A stretch of DNA of 32,000 bases, taken from positions 1,200,001 to 1,232,000 of the forward strand of contig OY781039.1 of assembly GCA_963676105.1 (NCBI GenBank), in the 5' to 3' direction. Made by a program: the position numbers and the translations under genes. Positions 1-7,659 of this stretch are shown here, in pieces; the stretch's first letter is position 1; every line of letters begins with the position of its first letter. Source of the DNA: Erysipelotrichaceae bacterium (GTDB lineage Bacteria > Bacillota_I > Bacilli_A > Erysipelotrichales > Erysipelotrichaceae). The notes under the pieces are model-generated. The model ran no database searches. It was given only the letters and a program-made list of their open reading frames with translations, and was not told the DNA's origin.

Positions 1-168
1 ATTAGCTGCCGCAACACCCGCAATTGCCGCATCTCCTAATTGACCAACCATCAGGTTATCCACTAAGTTAACGGATGCCGTAATCAGTTGTTGAAACATT
101 AAAGGTAAAGCAATAATTAATGCCCGTTTATAAAATGATTTGTTTTGTACCCAATTAATGAGCCCCAT
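1..168 (-). CDS. MATE-family multidrug/efflux transporter; only the N-terminal 56 codons are present and the gene runs off the window start
   Basis: Hand translation from the ATG at 168-166 gives MGLINWVQNKSFYKRALIIALPLMFQQLITASVNLVDNLMVGQLGDAAIAGVAAAN, open to position 1. The pattern LP.M.QQL...S.NLVDN.MVG.LG..A.AGV is the conserved TM1 region of MATE/NorM-type proteins. It is missing from the ORF track because it is truncated. Confidence 0.6.
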   Translation of the reverse strand, partial: MGLINWVQNKSFYKRALIIALPLMFQQLITASVNLVDNLMVGQLGDAAIAGVAAAN

Positions 169-184
169 AAAATACCCCTACTTA

Positions 185-215
185 TAAAATAAAGAAAAGC
201 CACTTTCGTGGCTTG
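185..215 (-). terminator. Rho-independent terminator closing the tRNA-Ile/tRNA-Ala unit
   Basis: The minus-strand RNA is AAGCCAC-GAAA-GUGGCUU followed by UUCUUUAUUUU, and it begins about 12 nt after the tRNA-Ala CCA end. Confidence 0.7.
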
Positions 216-226
216 ATCTTTAACGA

Positions 227-302
227 TGGTGGAGCTTAGCGGGATCGAACCGCTGACCCCCTGCTTGCAAAGCAGGTGCTCTCCCAGCTGAGCTAAAACC
301 CC
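227..302 (-). tRNA. tRNA-Ala (anticodon UGC), CCA encoded
   Basis: The reverse complement is GGGGTTTTAGCTCAGCTGGGAGAGCACCTGCTTTGCAAGCAGGGGGTCAGCGGTTCGATCCCGCTAAGCTCCACCA (76 nt). It folds as a cloverleaf with anticodon loop CT-TGC-AA, has the G3:U70 alanine identity pair, a GTTCGATCC T-arm and an encoded CCA. Confidence 0.95.
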
Positions 303-303
303 A

Positions 304-380
<77 letters not shown>

Positions 381-405
381 AAGGAAAAACCATCGATGCT
401 TATCT

Positions 406-434
406 AATATATCAAAGCACACCCCCAGTGTCAA
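406..434 (-). promoter_or_regulatory. Sigma-A type promoter for the tRNA-Ile/tRNA-Ala unit
   Basis: The minus strand reads TTGACA (434-429), a 17-nt spacer, then TATATT (411-406) preceded by TGa (extended -10). It lies about 25 nt upstream of the tRNA-Ile 5' end. Confidence 0.6.
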
Positions 435-453
435 GCAAGAATAGGCACTTTTT

Positions 454-981
454 TCAGCTAATTAAATTTTTCAAAATATCTAAACCAAATTCCCATTCTC
501 CTAAATTTGAATCTGCATTAATATGTCCCTGTTTCCCTACATTTATAAATTCAGAATTCCATGCTTTTGCAAACATCATTGAGCGCTCAATTTTCATATA
601 GGGATCATTTTCGCTCGCCACAACAATTGTTTTAAATGGAAGCTTAATTAGTGGCATTGGCGCAAAATTTCGTACTACATTTGGTGTATGCTCTTTTAAA
701 TCAACATCTGCTGGTGCCACTAATAAAGCACCAATAATTTTCGTGTTATAGAAATTATTAGCCCAATTTAAAACAAGTGCGCAACCTAAACTATGGGCAA
801 CCAATATCATTTCTTCGTTGCTATTGTCTATCACATTATTCAAAACTTCCAACCAATCATTTAATTGAGGTTCATCCCAATTAGATTGTTCTAGTCTAAT
901 ACAATCTAATTTATTCTCCCAATGACTTTGCCAGTGGTTTTCATTTGATCCATTTAATCCAGGAATAATAATATATTTCAT
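454..981 (-). CDS. Alpha/beta serine hydrolase of the RBBP9/YdeN type (Ser_hydrolase family)
   Basis: 175 aa. The N-terminus IIIPGLNGSNENHWQSHW, the nucleophile elbow VAHSLGC, and the later ASENDP and GKQGHIN motifs (candidate Asp and His of the triad) match the small RBBP9/YdeN-like hydrolase architecture. Confidence 0.75.
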   Translation of the reverse strand: MKYIIIPGLNGSNENHWQSHWENKLDCIRLEQSNWDEPQLNDWLEVLNNVIDNSNEEMILVAHSLGCALVLNWANNFYNTKIIGALLVAPADVDLKEHTPNVVRNFAPMPLIKLPFKTIVVASENDPYMKIERSMMFAKAWNSEFINVGKQGHINADSNLGEWEFGLDILKNLIS

Positions 982-1006
982 AATTAACTCCTAAAAATAT
1001 AAAACC

Positions 1007-1036
1007 ATTCTAACAACATTTTATCTATTGCATTAA
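1007..1036 (-). promoter_or_regulatory. Possible promoter for the hydrolase gene
   Basis: The minus strand reads TTAATG, an 18-nt spacer, then TGtTAGAAT (extended -10), about 25 nt upstream of the ATG at 981. The -35 box is weak. Confidence 0.3.
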
Positions 1037-1050
1037 GATGACTATCTATA

Positions 1051-1082
1051 AAACAAAAAAACTCCCAATAAATTGAGAGTTT
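1051..1082 (-). terminator. Rho-independent terminator after rpsI
   Basis: The minus-strand RNA is AACUCUCAA-UUUA-UUGGGAGUU (9 bp including one G-U) followed by UUUUUGUUUU, about 20 nt after the rpsI stop. Confidence 0.7.
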
Positions 1083-1103
1083 TGAATGAATTTCCAATAA
1101 CGA

Positions 1104-1517
1104 TTAACGTTTTGAGAATTGTGGAGCTCTACGAGCACCTTTAAGACCGTATTTCTTACGTTCTTTAGCACGTGGGTCACGTGTTAAGAAGCCAGCTGCT
1201 TTAAGCGCAGGACGATAGTCTGCTGACGCTTCAAGTAATGCTCTTGAAATACCATGACGCATAGCACCAGATTGTCCAGTGTAGCCGCCACCTTTAACAT
1301 TGATCTTAACATCAAAGCTTGCAAGCGTTTCTGTTAATTCAAGTGGTGAACGAACAACCATACGTAATGTTTCTAATGGTAGATACTCATCTAATGTTTT
1401 GTCATTAACTGAGATAATACCTGTTCCAGGTGTTAAGTAAACACGTGCAACAGATGATTTACGACGACCAGTACCTAAATAGGTAACAGTTGCTTTTTTC
1501 TTTTTACTAGCTGCCAT
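1104..1517 (-). CDS. rpsI: 30S ribosomal protein S9
   Basis: 137 aa. It contains [12 protein letters not shown] and ends ...[16 protein letters not shown], the canonical S9 C-terminus. The ATG is preceded by GGAGGAAAC and the gene follows rplM. Confidence 0.97.
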   Translation of the reverse strand: MAASKKKKATVTYLGTGRRKSSVARVYLTPGTGIISVNDKTLDEYLPLETLRMVVRSPLELTETLASFDVKINVKGGGYTGQSGAMRHGISRALLEASADYRPALKAAGFLTRDPRAKERKKYGLKGARRAPQFSKR

Positions 1518-1525
1518 GTTTCCTC

Positions 1526-1963
1526 CTAACCTTTAATTGTAAGTTCCACAGGCTTTTGTGCTGCATGTGGATGCTCACTTCCTTTGTAAACAAATAAATG
1601 TTTACGTTGTTTGTCACCTAATTTTGTGTGAGGTAACATCCCATGAATAGCTTTTTCAACCCATTCAATAGTGTACTTTTCACGCATTGTTCTGGTGTCA
1701 CGTACTCGTAAACCACCATTCCATTGTGAGTGACTGTAATAAAATTTCTTTTCTTTTTGATCACCTGTGACAACAATCTTGTCAGCATTGATCACGATAA
1801 CGAAATCGCCTGTGTCCACGTTAGGTGTGTATGTCGGACGATGCTTCCCACGCAATACGGTAGCAACTTCTGACGCTAATCGACCTAATGTTAAACCAGC
1901 TCCGTCAACAACATACCATTGACGTACGACTTCAGCAGGTTTTGCCATAGTTGTTTGGCGCAT
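1526..1963 (-). CDS. rplM: 50S ribosomal protein L13
   Basis: 145 aa. [21 protein letters not shown]...[27 protein letters not shown] is collinear with B. subtilis L13 as I recall it. Confidence 0.97.
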   Translation of the reverse strand: MRQTTMAKPAEVVRQWYVVDGAGLTLGRLASEVATVLRGKHRPTYTPNVDTGDFVIVINADKIVVTGDQKEKKFYYSHSQWNGGLRVRDTRTMREKYTIEWVEKAIHGMLPHTKLGDKQRKHLFVYKGSEHPHAAQKPVELTIKG

Positions 1964-1984
1964 AATTGATAAATCCTCCTATAA

Positions 1985-2013
1985 CCAATTGTAGTTTCCG
2001 GGGCTACATTTGG
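1985..2013 (-). promoter_or_regulatory. Stable 5'-UTR hairpin just upstream of the rplM Shine-Dalgarno sequence (candidate L13-leader-type element)
   Basis: The minus-strand RNA is CCAAAUGUAG-CCCCGGAAA-CUACAAUUGG (10 positions, 9 pairs), followed directly by UUAUAGGAGG. It lies between the mapped promoter and the ATG. Confidence 0.4.
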
Positions 2014-2031
2014 CATAAAGTGCCGATTAAC

Positions 2032-2060
2032 ATTCTATGCTTTCTACACCCTCATGTCAA
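2032..2060 (-). promoter_or_regulatory. Sigma-A type promoter for rplM-rpsI
   Basis: The minus strand reads TTGACA (2060-2055), a 17-nt spacer, then TAGAAT (2037-2032), about 70 nt upstream of the rplM ATG. Confidence 0.65.
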
Positions 2061-2089
2061 GGAAAAACGCTTTACAGACTGAATTATTT

Positions 2090-2485
2090 TTATTTAATGT
2101 ATAAACCAACTAATTGATAGTCTTTATTAAAACTTATGGTATAGGTTGACCGACCGTTTTCATGATCAACTTGGGCAATTACAGTCGCATAAAGCTCATC
2201 TGTTTGTGGATCTATTGTATCGCTAATTGTAAATGTTATTTTATCAACTGGATCGCCTACTGATTCATATTTTGTTTCTAAATTTGCTTTTAATTCTGAC
2301 GGAGCAATCAATGCTTGCAAGTCTGTTCGTAAAAGCGATATCACTTCTTCAACTTGATAGCTTTCCATTAAATCAATCACTTCCTGACTCTTTGTTTCCA
2401 AAGTATTTTTGTCAAAGCCATCAGGGACAGATGAACAGGATGATAAAATCATAAGCATTAAAAAACTTAATAGTATCTTTTTCAT
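2090..2485 (-). CDS. Small lipoprotein of unknown function (possibly DUF3887-like)
   Basis: 131 aa. The signal peptide MKKILLSFLMLMILSSC carries a lipobox (L-S-S-C). The mature part is a small mixed alpha/beta domain. The DUF3887 assignment is only my recollection of that family's pattern. Confidence 0.6.
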   Translation of the reverse strand: MKKILLSFLMLMILSSCSSVPDGFDKNTLETKSQEVIDLMESYQVEEVISLLRTDLQALIAPSELKANLETKYESVGDPVDKITFTISDTIDPQTDELYATVIAQVDHENGRSTYTISFNKDYQLVGLYIK

Positions 2486-2486
2486 T

Positions 2487-3146
2487 TTATTTCTTCTTTC
2501 TTATCACTAAATAGTATGTAATCACTGATGTGATCAATAATGATATTTCAACAATTAATGTGGACACACCATTCAAGAGTAAGAAAAGTGCCCCAAAATT
2601 AAATACGGTATGAATAGATAAAGCTAAAACATATCCCCATTTATATTCTTTACTAACAGTCATATACACTAAATAAGATAAAGAGATATGTAAGATCATC
2701 GCAGATATTCTTTCCATTCCTGCATAAAATCCATTTACAGATGAGACTAAACTTGGACTAACACTCAACAACGATAATCCAATCAACGCAAAAGCTTCGA
2801 TACCCCCATGTCCTAAACCAAAGAACAAAATCTGTTTTGAATTTAGAGTAGGCAAAAACTTTTTGAAGATAAGATATCGACCACTTTCCTCAAATAAACC
2901 CGCTGAAAAGGATAGAAATAAAATATAGACTAGTTGATATTTCATCCCAAACAAAATAAACCAGGGTTGATCAGCCAAAATGTATTGAAGGATTGGAATT
3001 CTAATGAGTAGTTGTGAAAGTGAAAAACTAAGGATACCGCAAATAAAGGCTTTTCTTGTATCCTTAGCTTTGAATAAGACATAAACAAAAATACTTAATG
3101 GAATAATTAAAGAGATAAATAACGCAAAATAGTAACCGTAGTTCAC
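2487..3146 (-). CDS. Polytopic membrane protein, YhfC/CPBP-type intramembrane protease-like
   Basis: 219 aa and very hydrophobic, with about 6-7 predicted TM segments. It has the motifs FEESGRY (EExxR) and, later, HISLS and SIHTVFNF (HxxxN), as in CPBP/YhfC intramembrane proteases. The start is GTG at 3146, overlapping the upstream stop by 1 nt, and no in-frame ATG occurs near the N-terminus. Confidence 0.55.
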   Translation of the reverse strand: MNYGYYFALFISLIIPLSIFVYVLFKAKDTRKAFICGILSFSLSQLLIRIPILQYILADQPWFILFGMKYQLVYILFLSFSAGLFEESGRYLIFKKFLPTLNSKQILFFGLGHGGIEAFALIGLSLLSVSPSLVSSVNGFYAGMERISAMILHISLSYLVYMTVSKEYKWGYVLALSIHTVFNFGALFLLLNGVSTLIVEISLLITSVITYYLVIRKKK

Positions 3147-3919
3147 TAGATTTCTACTTTCTCTATTGCTTTAATGCCAACAGATGCTAAAGTTTTTTCT
3201 GCAATTTCAATGGTATCGAATTTACTTAAATCACTTGGGGAGTGCGCATCAACGCCAATCACCACATCGTTCCCGACTTCAGATACTATCTTCCAAAATG
3301 GTGTATAGGGATAATCAAGTTCTTTACGTTTGTATCGAACACCACCTAAGTTATATTCCAACACAACATTCATTTCTTTAGCAACTTCACAAATTTCACG
3401 TGTTGCATCTTCAGCCTCTTGTGTCCATTTTGATAAAGAACGAACAAAGATATCAGGATGGGCAAATATTTTATATAGTCCTGATCTTAATGCTTCAATA
3501 GATAAAAGTCTATAGTCCTCAATGACTCTACTCTCGTCTTTATATGAGCCAAAATAGTTACCATAGCTTTCATAAGTATTAAAGTGGTTACCTAAAACAA
3601 GATAGTCTAAAGGTGTTTCTTCAACAAGTTTCTTTAGAAAATCAATTCTTTCAGGATAATATTCAGCCTCTAGTCCTAAAAGAATATCAATCTTTCCACC
3701 ATATTGACGCCCTAAACGACGTATATTTTTTGCATAGTCATCAAAATCAGATACAGCCATTCGAATAAACTGTGTTTCAAGTGGATGTTTAGGCCATGGT
3801 GCATGATCAGAAAACCCTAAAGTCTTGTAACCTGCTTTTATCGCTTCGATAATATAATCTTCGTCGCTGCCTTCTGCATGATGACAACGTGTTGTATGCG
3901 TATGATAGTTATGTTTCAT
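3146..3919 (-). CDS. PHP-family phosphoesterase, histidinol-phosphatase (HisJ/HisK)-like
   Basis: 257 aa. The N-terminal HTHTTRCHHAEG motif, the GFSDHAP motif and later His/Asp-containing motifs (NHF, AHPD, VDAHSP) are typical of PHP histidinol phosphatases. Confidence 0.7.
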   Translation of the reverse strand: MKHNYHTHTTRCHHAEGSDEDYIIEAIKAGYKTLGFSDHAPWPKHPLETQFIRMAVSDFDDYAKNIRRLGRQYGGKIDILLGLEAEYYPERIDFLKKLVEETPLDYLVLGNHFNTYESYGNYFGSYKDESRVIEDYRLLSIEALRSGLYKIFAHPDIFVRSLSKWTQEAEDATREICEVAKEMNVVLEYNLGGVRYKRKELDYPYTPFWKIVSEVGNDVVIGVDAHSPSDLSKFDTIEIAEKTLASVGIKAIEKVEI

Positions 3920-3922
3920 ATA

Positions 3923-4669
3923 TTAATAATACACTTCCATTAAATAGAGTCCAACTGGTGAGACTATTCCAGAATATGCTCTCTTATCTTTTGATTCTAA
4001 TATTTTAACCACTTCTTTATATGTTAATTTTCCTTTGCCTACATCTAATAAGACAGACATTAACATCCGTATCATATATCGTAAGAATCCATCACCTTCA
4101 AAAATAAAGCGAATTTGATCTTCTTCATCCTCTATATTAATACGATGAATGGTTCGTACTTGATTTGGGGTTTCTTCAATTGAATTTGAACAAAGTGAAG
4201 TAAAGTCATGAGCACCAATTAAGTAAGAACTGACTTTTCTCATCTCATCGAAATTTAAATCTTCAGTCACTGATAAATGTGTTTGATAAGTAAAAGGATT
4301 GGCTTCATCTCTTAAAACTAAATAATCATAGCGTTTTCCACTTGCGCTTTTACGCGCGTGGAAATCTTTATCTACAAATTCAACATTCAAAATTTTTATA
4401 TCATTGGGTAATGAACTATTCAGTGCTTTTATCCAAGATGCTTCATCTAAATTAAAATGCGTATCAAAGTGAAACATTTGACCAAAGGCATGAACCCCTG
4501 CATCTGTTCGCCCTGATCCATGAATCTTGATTTCATCTCGATGCATTTGACTTAAGGCTTTTTGAATTGTTCCTTGTACTGTTTTTGCATTTACTTGAAC
4601 TTGCCAACCTGCATAATGTGCCCCATGATACATCACAGTACACAATACATGTTTTATAGACTCATCCAT
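3923..4669 (-). CDS. truA: tRNA pseudouridine(38-40) synthase TruA
   Basis: It has the catalytic GRTDAGVHA motif, YHGAHYAGWQVQ near the N-terminus and FLRYMIR near the C-terminus. The ORF-track start at 4696 is a TTG inside ecfT. I prefer the ATG at 4669 (MDESIKHVL...), which has AGGTG 8 nt upstream. Confidence 0.9.
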   Translation of the reverse strand: MDESIKHVLCTVMYHGAHYAGWQVQVNAKTVQGTIQKALSQMHRDEIKIHGSGRTDAGVHAFGQMFHFDTHFNLDEASWIKALNSSLPNDIKILNVEFVDKDFHARKSASGKRYDYLVLRDEANPFTYQTHLSVTEDLNFDEMRKVSSYLIGAHDFTSLCSNSIEETPNQVRTIHRINIEDEEDQIRFIFEGDGFLRYMIRMLMSVLLDVGKGKLTYKEVVKILESKDKRAYSGIVSPVGLYLMEVYY

Positions 4670-5448
4670 ATAGTGACACCTAATAATGCGACACAAATAA
4701 AGAGTAAAACTAAATCTTTAGTTGTTCTTTTTAAAACTTTATAACGAGATCTTTCTGCCGAAGGCACATAACCTCTCGCTTCCATCGCATCCGCTAATTC
4801 TTCAGCTCTTTGAAAACTTGACACAAATAAAGGCACAATCAAACTTAAGACAGCCATGAGTTTTTCTTTGAGTGTTCCCTCTTTTAAATCAACTCCACGC
4901 GAAGCTTGAGCTTTCATAATACGATTTGTTTCCTCAATTAAAGTTGGAATAAAACGCAATGCAATTGATATCATCATCGCAATTTCATGGGCTGGAAAAC
5001 CGAAACGTTTAAATGGTTTAAGTAAATCTTCAATACCTAAAGTCAAATCTAAAGGTTTAGTAGACGCCGTAAGTATAGTCGTCGTCATAATCATCAACAC
5101 AAGTCTAACCGTAATATAAGCTGTTTGAGACAAAGCATCACTATATAAAGTAAAGGAATAAAAAGTAAAAATAACTGTACCCGTTCTTAAAACTAAGGCA
5201 TTAATAATGGTCAAGAAAACCAACATAAACATCATCGGCTTAAGTGATTTAAGAATTAGAGATAAACTCAATTTAGAGATAAATAATGCAATTAATACAA
5301 CGGCTGAAATTAATCCATAACTTTGAAAACCACTTGGAATAAAGATAGATACCATCACAATCAACATCGCCATGATTTTAAAGCGTGGATCCATTTTATG
5401 CATCACTGAATCTAAAGGAAGATAGCGACCTAAGGCAATATTGTTCAT
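4654..5448 (-). CDS. ecfT: ECF transporter transmembrane (T) component
   Basis: 264 aa polytopic protein with the conserved ...ALRFIP.L..E...I..AQ.SRG... coupling-helix region. It follows two EcfA ATPase genes and has an ATGA overlap with ecfA2. Confidence 0.92.
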   Translation of the reverse strand: MNNIALGRYLPLDSVMHKMDPRFKIMAMLIVMVSIFIPSGFQSYGLISAVVLIALFISKLSLSLILKSLKPMMFMLVFLTIINALVLRTGTVIFTFYSFTLYSDALSQTAYITVRLVLMIMTTTILTASTKPLDLTLGIEDLLKPFKRFGFPAHEIAMMISIALRFIPTLIEETNRIMKAQASRGVDLKEGTLKEKLMAVLSLIVPLFVSSFQRAEELADAMEARGYVPSAERSRYKVLKRTTKDLVLLFICVALLGVTIWMSL

Positions 5449-6299
5449 CGACCAATCTCCTTTTGTACAGCTTTCGCTAAATCGTCCCAGGACTTAATGG
5501 CACCTTCTAGTTTAAACCCACCATCTCTTAAAGCATCGATTAATCTTAAACGATATGGTAGTGCCATTTCAATTTCTTTAACACCACTATCCTTTTCAAA
5601 GAAATCCAAGGTTTTTTGATGGGTGATAATTTCACCTTTTTTCATAACAATGACATTCTCACAATAATTTAAAACTTGATCCATATCATGGGTCACAATT
5701 AAAATCGTCTTATTGTAGTCTTTATTTAAATTCACAAATAGATCCATCATTGATTTCGCACCCTGTGGATCTAAACCAGCTGTTGGCTCATCTAAAACTA
5801 AAACATCTGGTTCAATTGCTAATATACCCGCAATCGCAACACGACGTTTTTGTCCACCTGATAAATCTAGAGGCGAACGTTCAAAATAAGATTCATCTAA
5901 ACCCACTTGCTTAAGCGCATTAATCGCTTTTTCTTTGGCTTCTGCTTCATTCGTTTTAAAATTAAGCGGACCAAACATGACATCCTTCAAGATTGTTTCT
6001 TCAAACAGTTGATATTCAGGGAATTGAAAAACCAACCCCACTCTTTGACGCAAACTCTTTAAATCTTTAACTTTTTCATTCGCTTTAATTTCTCGATCTA
6101 AAACTAGAACGGTTCCTGATGTTGGCAAAAGCAAGCCATTTAAATGTTGAACTAAGGTAGATTTACCACTACCTGTTGCGCCAATGATGGCAGACACTTT
6201 ATTTAACTCAATCGCTAAATCGATATTTTTCAATGCAACATGTTCAAAAGGTGTTTTAGGGGAATATGTAAAACTTACTTTTTCAAAAGCAATTGGCAT
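5445..6299 (-). CDS. ecfA2: ECF transporter ATPase component 2
   Basis: 284 aa ABC ATPase with Walker A GATGSGKST, signature LSGGQKRRVAIAG and Walker B VLVLDEPT. It is the second of the tandem ATPases upstream of ecfT. Confidence 0.92.
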   Translation of the reverse strand: MPIAFEKVSFTYSPKTPFEHVALKNIDLAIELNKVSAIIGATGSGKSTLVQHLNGLLLPTSGTVLVLDREIKANEKVKDLKSLRQRVGLVFQFPEYQLFEETILKDVMFGPLNFKTNEAEAKEKAINALKQVGLDESYFERSPLDLSGGQKRRVAIAGILAIEPDVLVLDEPTAGLDPQGAKSMMDLFVNLNKDYNKTILIVTHDMDQVLNYCENVIVMKKGEIITHQKTLDFFEKDSGVKEIEMALPYRLRLIDALRDGGFKLEGAIKSWDDLAKAVQKEIGR

Positions 6300-7105
6300 A
6301 AGTCTTTTACCATCCCTTCACTATTAGTCGGATCATTCACATCAATGCCGACTTTTTTCAATGCATTCGCAAATTTAACAGAACTTGGCACATCTAATTC
6401 TAAAGATTGAAGTTTTGCTTCATCTAACATAATTTCACTAGGTTTGCCATCCATCACAACTTTTCCGTTATGCATGACAATCACATGATCTGATCTTAAA
6501 ACTTCTTCAACATCATGGGTAATCGATAATAAAGTCATATTATTTTCTTGGTGTAATTCTTGAACCAAGTTATTAATTTCATCTTTACCTTCAGGATCTA
6601 ACATCGATGTGGCCTCATCTAAAATTAGAATATCTGGTTTCATGGCTAAAACACCCGCAATCGCCACCCGTTGTTTTTGACCACCGGATAAACGTGTTGG
6701 TTCATGTTCAAGAAAATCTTGCATCCCAACCTGTTGTGCAAAATGATTAATAATATCATCCATGTCTTCCGTTTTAACTTGATGGTTTTCTAAACCAAAG
6801 GCAATATCATCTTGGACGGTTGCGCCAATAAATTGATTGTCAGGATTTTGAAAAACGATTCCAATTTGACGTCTTATATCGTGTAGATTTTCTAAAGCCA
6901 TATCTTTACCGTCAATTTTTATCTCACCAGACTTTTTTTCCAAAAGTCCAATCATCAGTTTTGCGATTGTACTCTTACCTGATCCGTTATGACCAATGAG
7001 CGTCGTATATGATCCTTTTTCAACAGAAAAACTGACGTCTTTTACAACGTCATTTTCTTGATCATATGAAAAATGTACATGCTTAAATTCTATAGGACTG
7101 TTCAA
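6275..7105 (-). CDS. ecfA1: ECF transporter ATPase component 1
   Basis: 276 aa ABC ATPase with Walker A GHNGSGKST, signature LSGGQKQRVAIAG and Walker B ILILDEAT. The start codon is TTG at 7105-7103, 8 nt after AAGAGGT, and there is no upstream in-frame ATG. Confidence 0.92.
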   Translation of the reverse strand: MNSPIEFKHVHFSYDQENDVVKDVSFSVEKGSYTTLIGHNGSGKSTIAKLMIGLLEKKSGEIKIDGKDMALENLHDIRRQIGIVFQNPDNQFIGATVQDDIAFGLENHQVKTEDMDDIINHFAQQVGMQDFLEHEPTRLSGGQKQRVAIAGVLAMKPDILILDEATSMLDPEGKDEINNLVQELHQENNMTLLSITHDVEEVLRSDHVIVMHNGKVVMDGKPSEIMLDEAKLQSLELDVPSSVKFANALKKVGIDVNDPTNSEGMVKDLCQLLLKK

Positions 7106-7117
7106 ATTAATAACCTC

Positions 7118-7591
7118 TTAATGACAATTCTCTAATATCCACCCTTGATACATCACATCTTCATTAAGCGCAATTTCAGCCAGTTTCACAACCGCATCAA
7201 AGGCTATTTGTGCATCTGTATCAATACATTCAATAACTTTAATGGAAAGACTTTCAATTTGATCATCAACTTCATAACCCATTGCTTTTAACTTATCAGC
7301 TAAGTCTATTGCTTTAGCCGAATCACTCACATCAATATGATGTATCAAATCAATTTTCATTTCATCAGGATAGCCATCCATCATGACCTGACACTGCACA
7401 CGATAACTCTCTAAAACAGTATCAGAAAGTTGACTTGAATCTGGTAATTTTGGCAATTCAACCTTTGGAGTTTCAAGAAGTTTTTCTGTTTCTTTTGTTT
7501 CAGCTTTAATCGGTTTCTTTTGTTTCTTTAAAGCATTGTAGGCTACGGCACCAGCCGCAAGCACTGTTAATAGGGCAAGTCTTTTTTTCAT
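7118..7591 (-). CDS. Hypothetical protein: N-terminal hydrophobic anchor or signal, Lys/Glu-rich linker, and a C-terminal RraB-like domain (tentative)
   Basis: 157 aa. MKKRLALLTVLAAGAVAY is followed by a KKQKKPIKAETKETEK linker. The C-terminal ~100 aa carry LIHHIDVSD, LKAMGYEVDD and YQGWILE, which resemble the HH, GYEV and YDGW landmarks of RraB as I remember them. No search was run. Confidence 0.45.
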   Translation of the reverse strand: MKKRLALLTVLAAGAVAYNALKKQKKPIKAETKETEKLLETPKVELPKLPDSSQLSDTVLESYRVQCQVMMDGYPDEMKIDLIHHIDVSDSAKAIDLADKLKAMGYEVDDQIESLSIKVIECIDTDAQIAFDAVVKLAEIALNEDVMYQGWILENCH

Positions 7592-7611
7592 AAGTTTTTC
7601 CTTGTGTGATT

Positions 7612-7640
7612 ATTATACACCAAAAGTAAAAAACTCGTTT
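7612..7640 (-). promoter_or_regulatory. Possible promoter for the RraB-like/ecfA1A2T/truA transcription unit
   Basis: There is a perfect TATAAT on the minus strand (7617-7612) immediately preceded by TG, about 20 nt upstream of the ATG at 7591. The -35 region is poor and lies in the U-tract of the pyrE terminator. Confidence 0.3.
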
Positions 7641-7659
7641 AATTCTAAGATTAAACGAG
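7625..7659 (-). terminator. Rho-independent terminator of the pyr operon (the 5' arm includes the pyrE stop codon)
   Basis: The minus-strand RNA is CUCGUUUAA-UCUUAGAA-UUAAACGAG followed by UUUUUUAC. It has a 9-bp stem. Confidence 0.65.

Noticed and set aside
4670-4696. N-terminal extensions in the ORF track for truA (TTG at 4696), pyrE (GTG at 8295), carB (GTG at 13853) and rpsH (TTG at 25466).
   Set aside because: In each case an ATG with a properly spaced GGAGG-type Shine-Dalgarno sequence lies a few codons downstream. That ATG gives the N-terminus expected for the family, and the extensions lie inside the preceding gene.
2233-4744. Small plus-strand ORFs (2233-2454, 3184-3381, 3330-3515, 4562-4744), with similar ones at 14371-14616, 16376-16558, 21553-21762 and 21737-21952.
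   Set aside because: They are antisense to well-supported minus-strand genes, AT-rich in codon composition, and have no start context.
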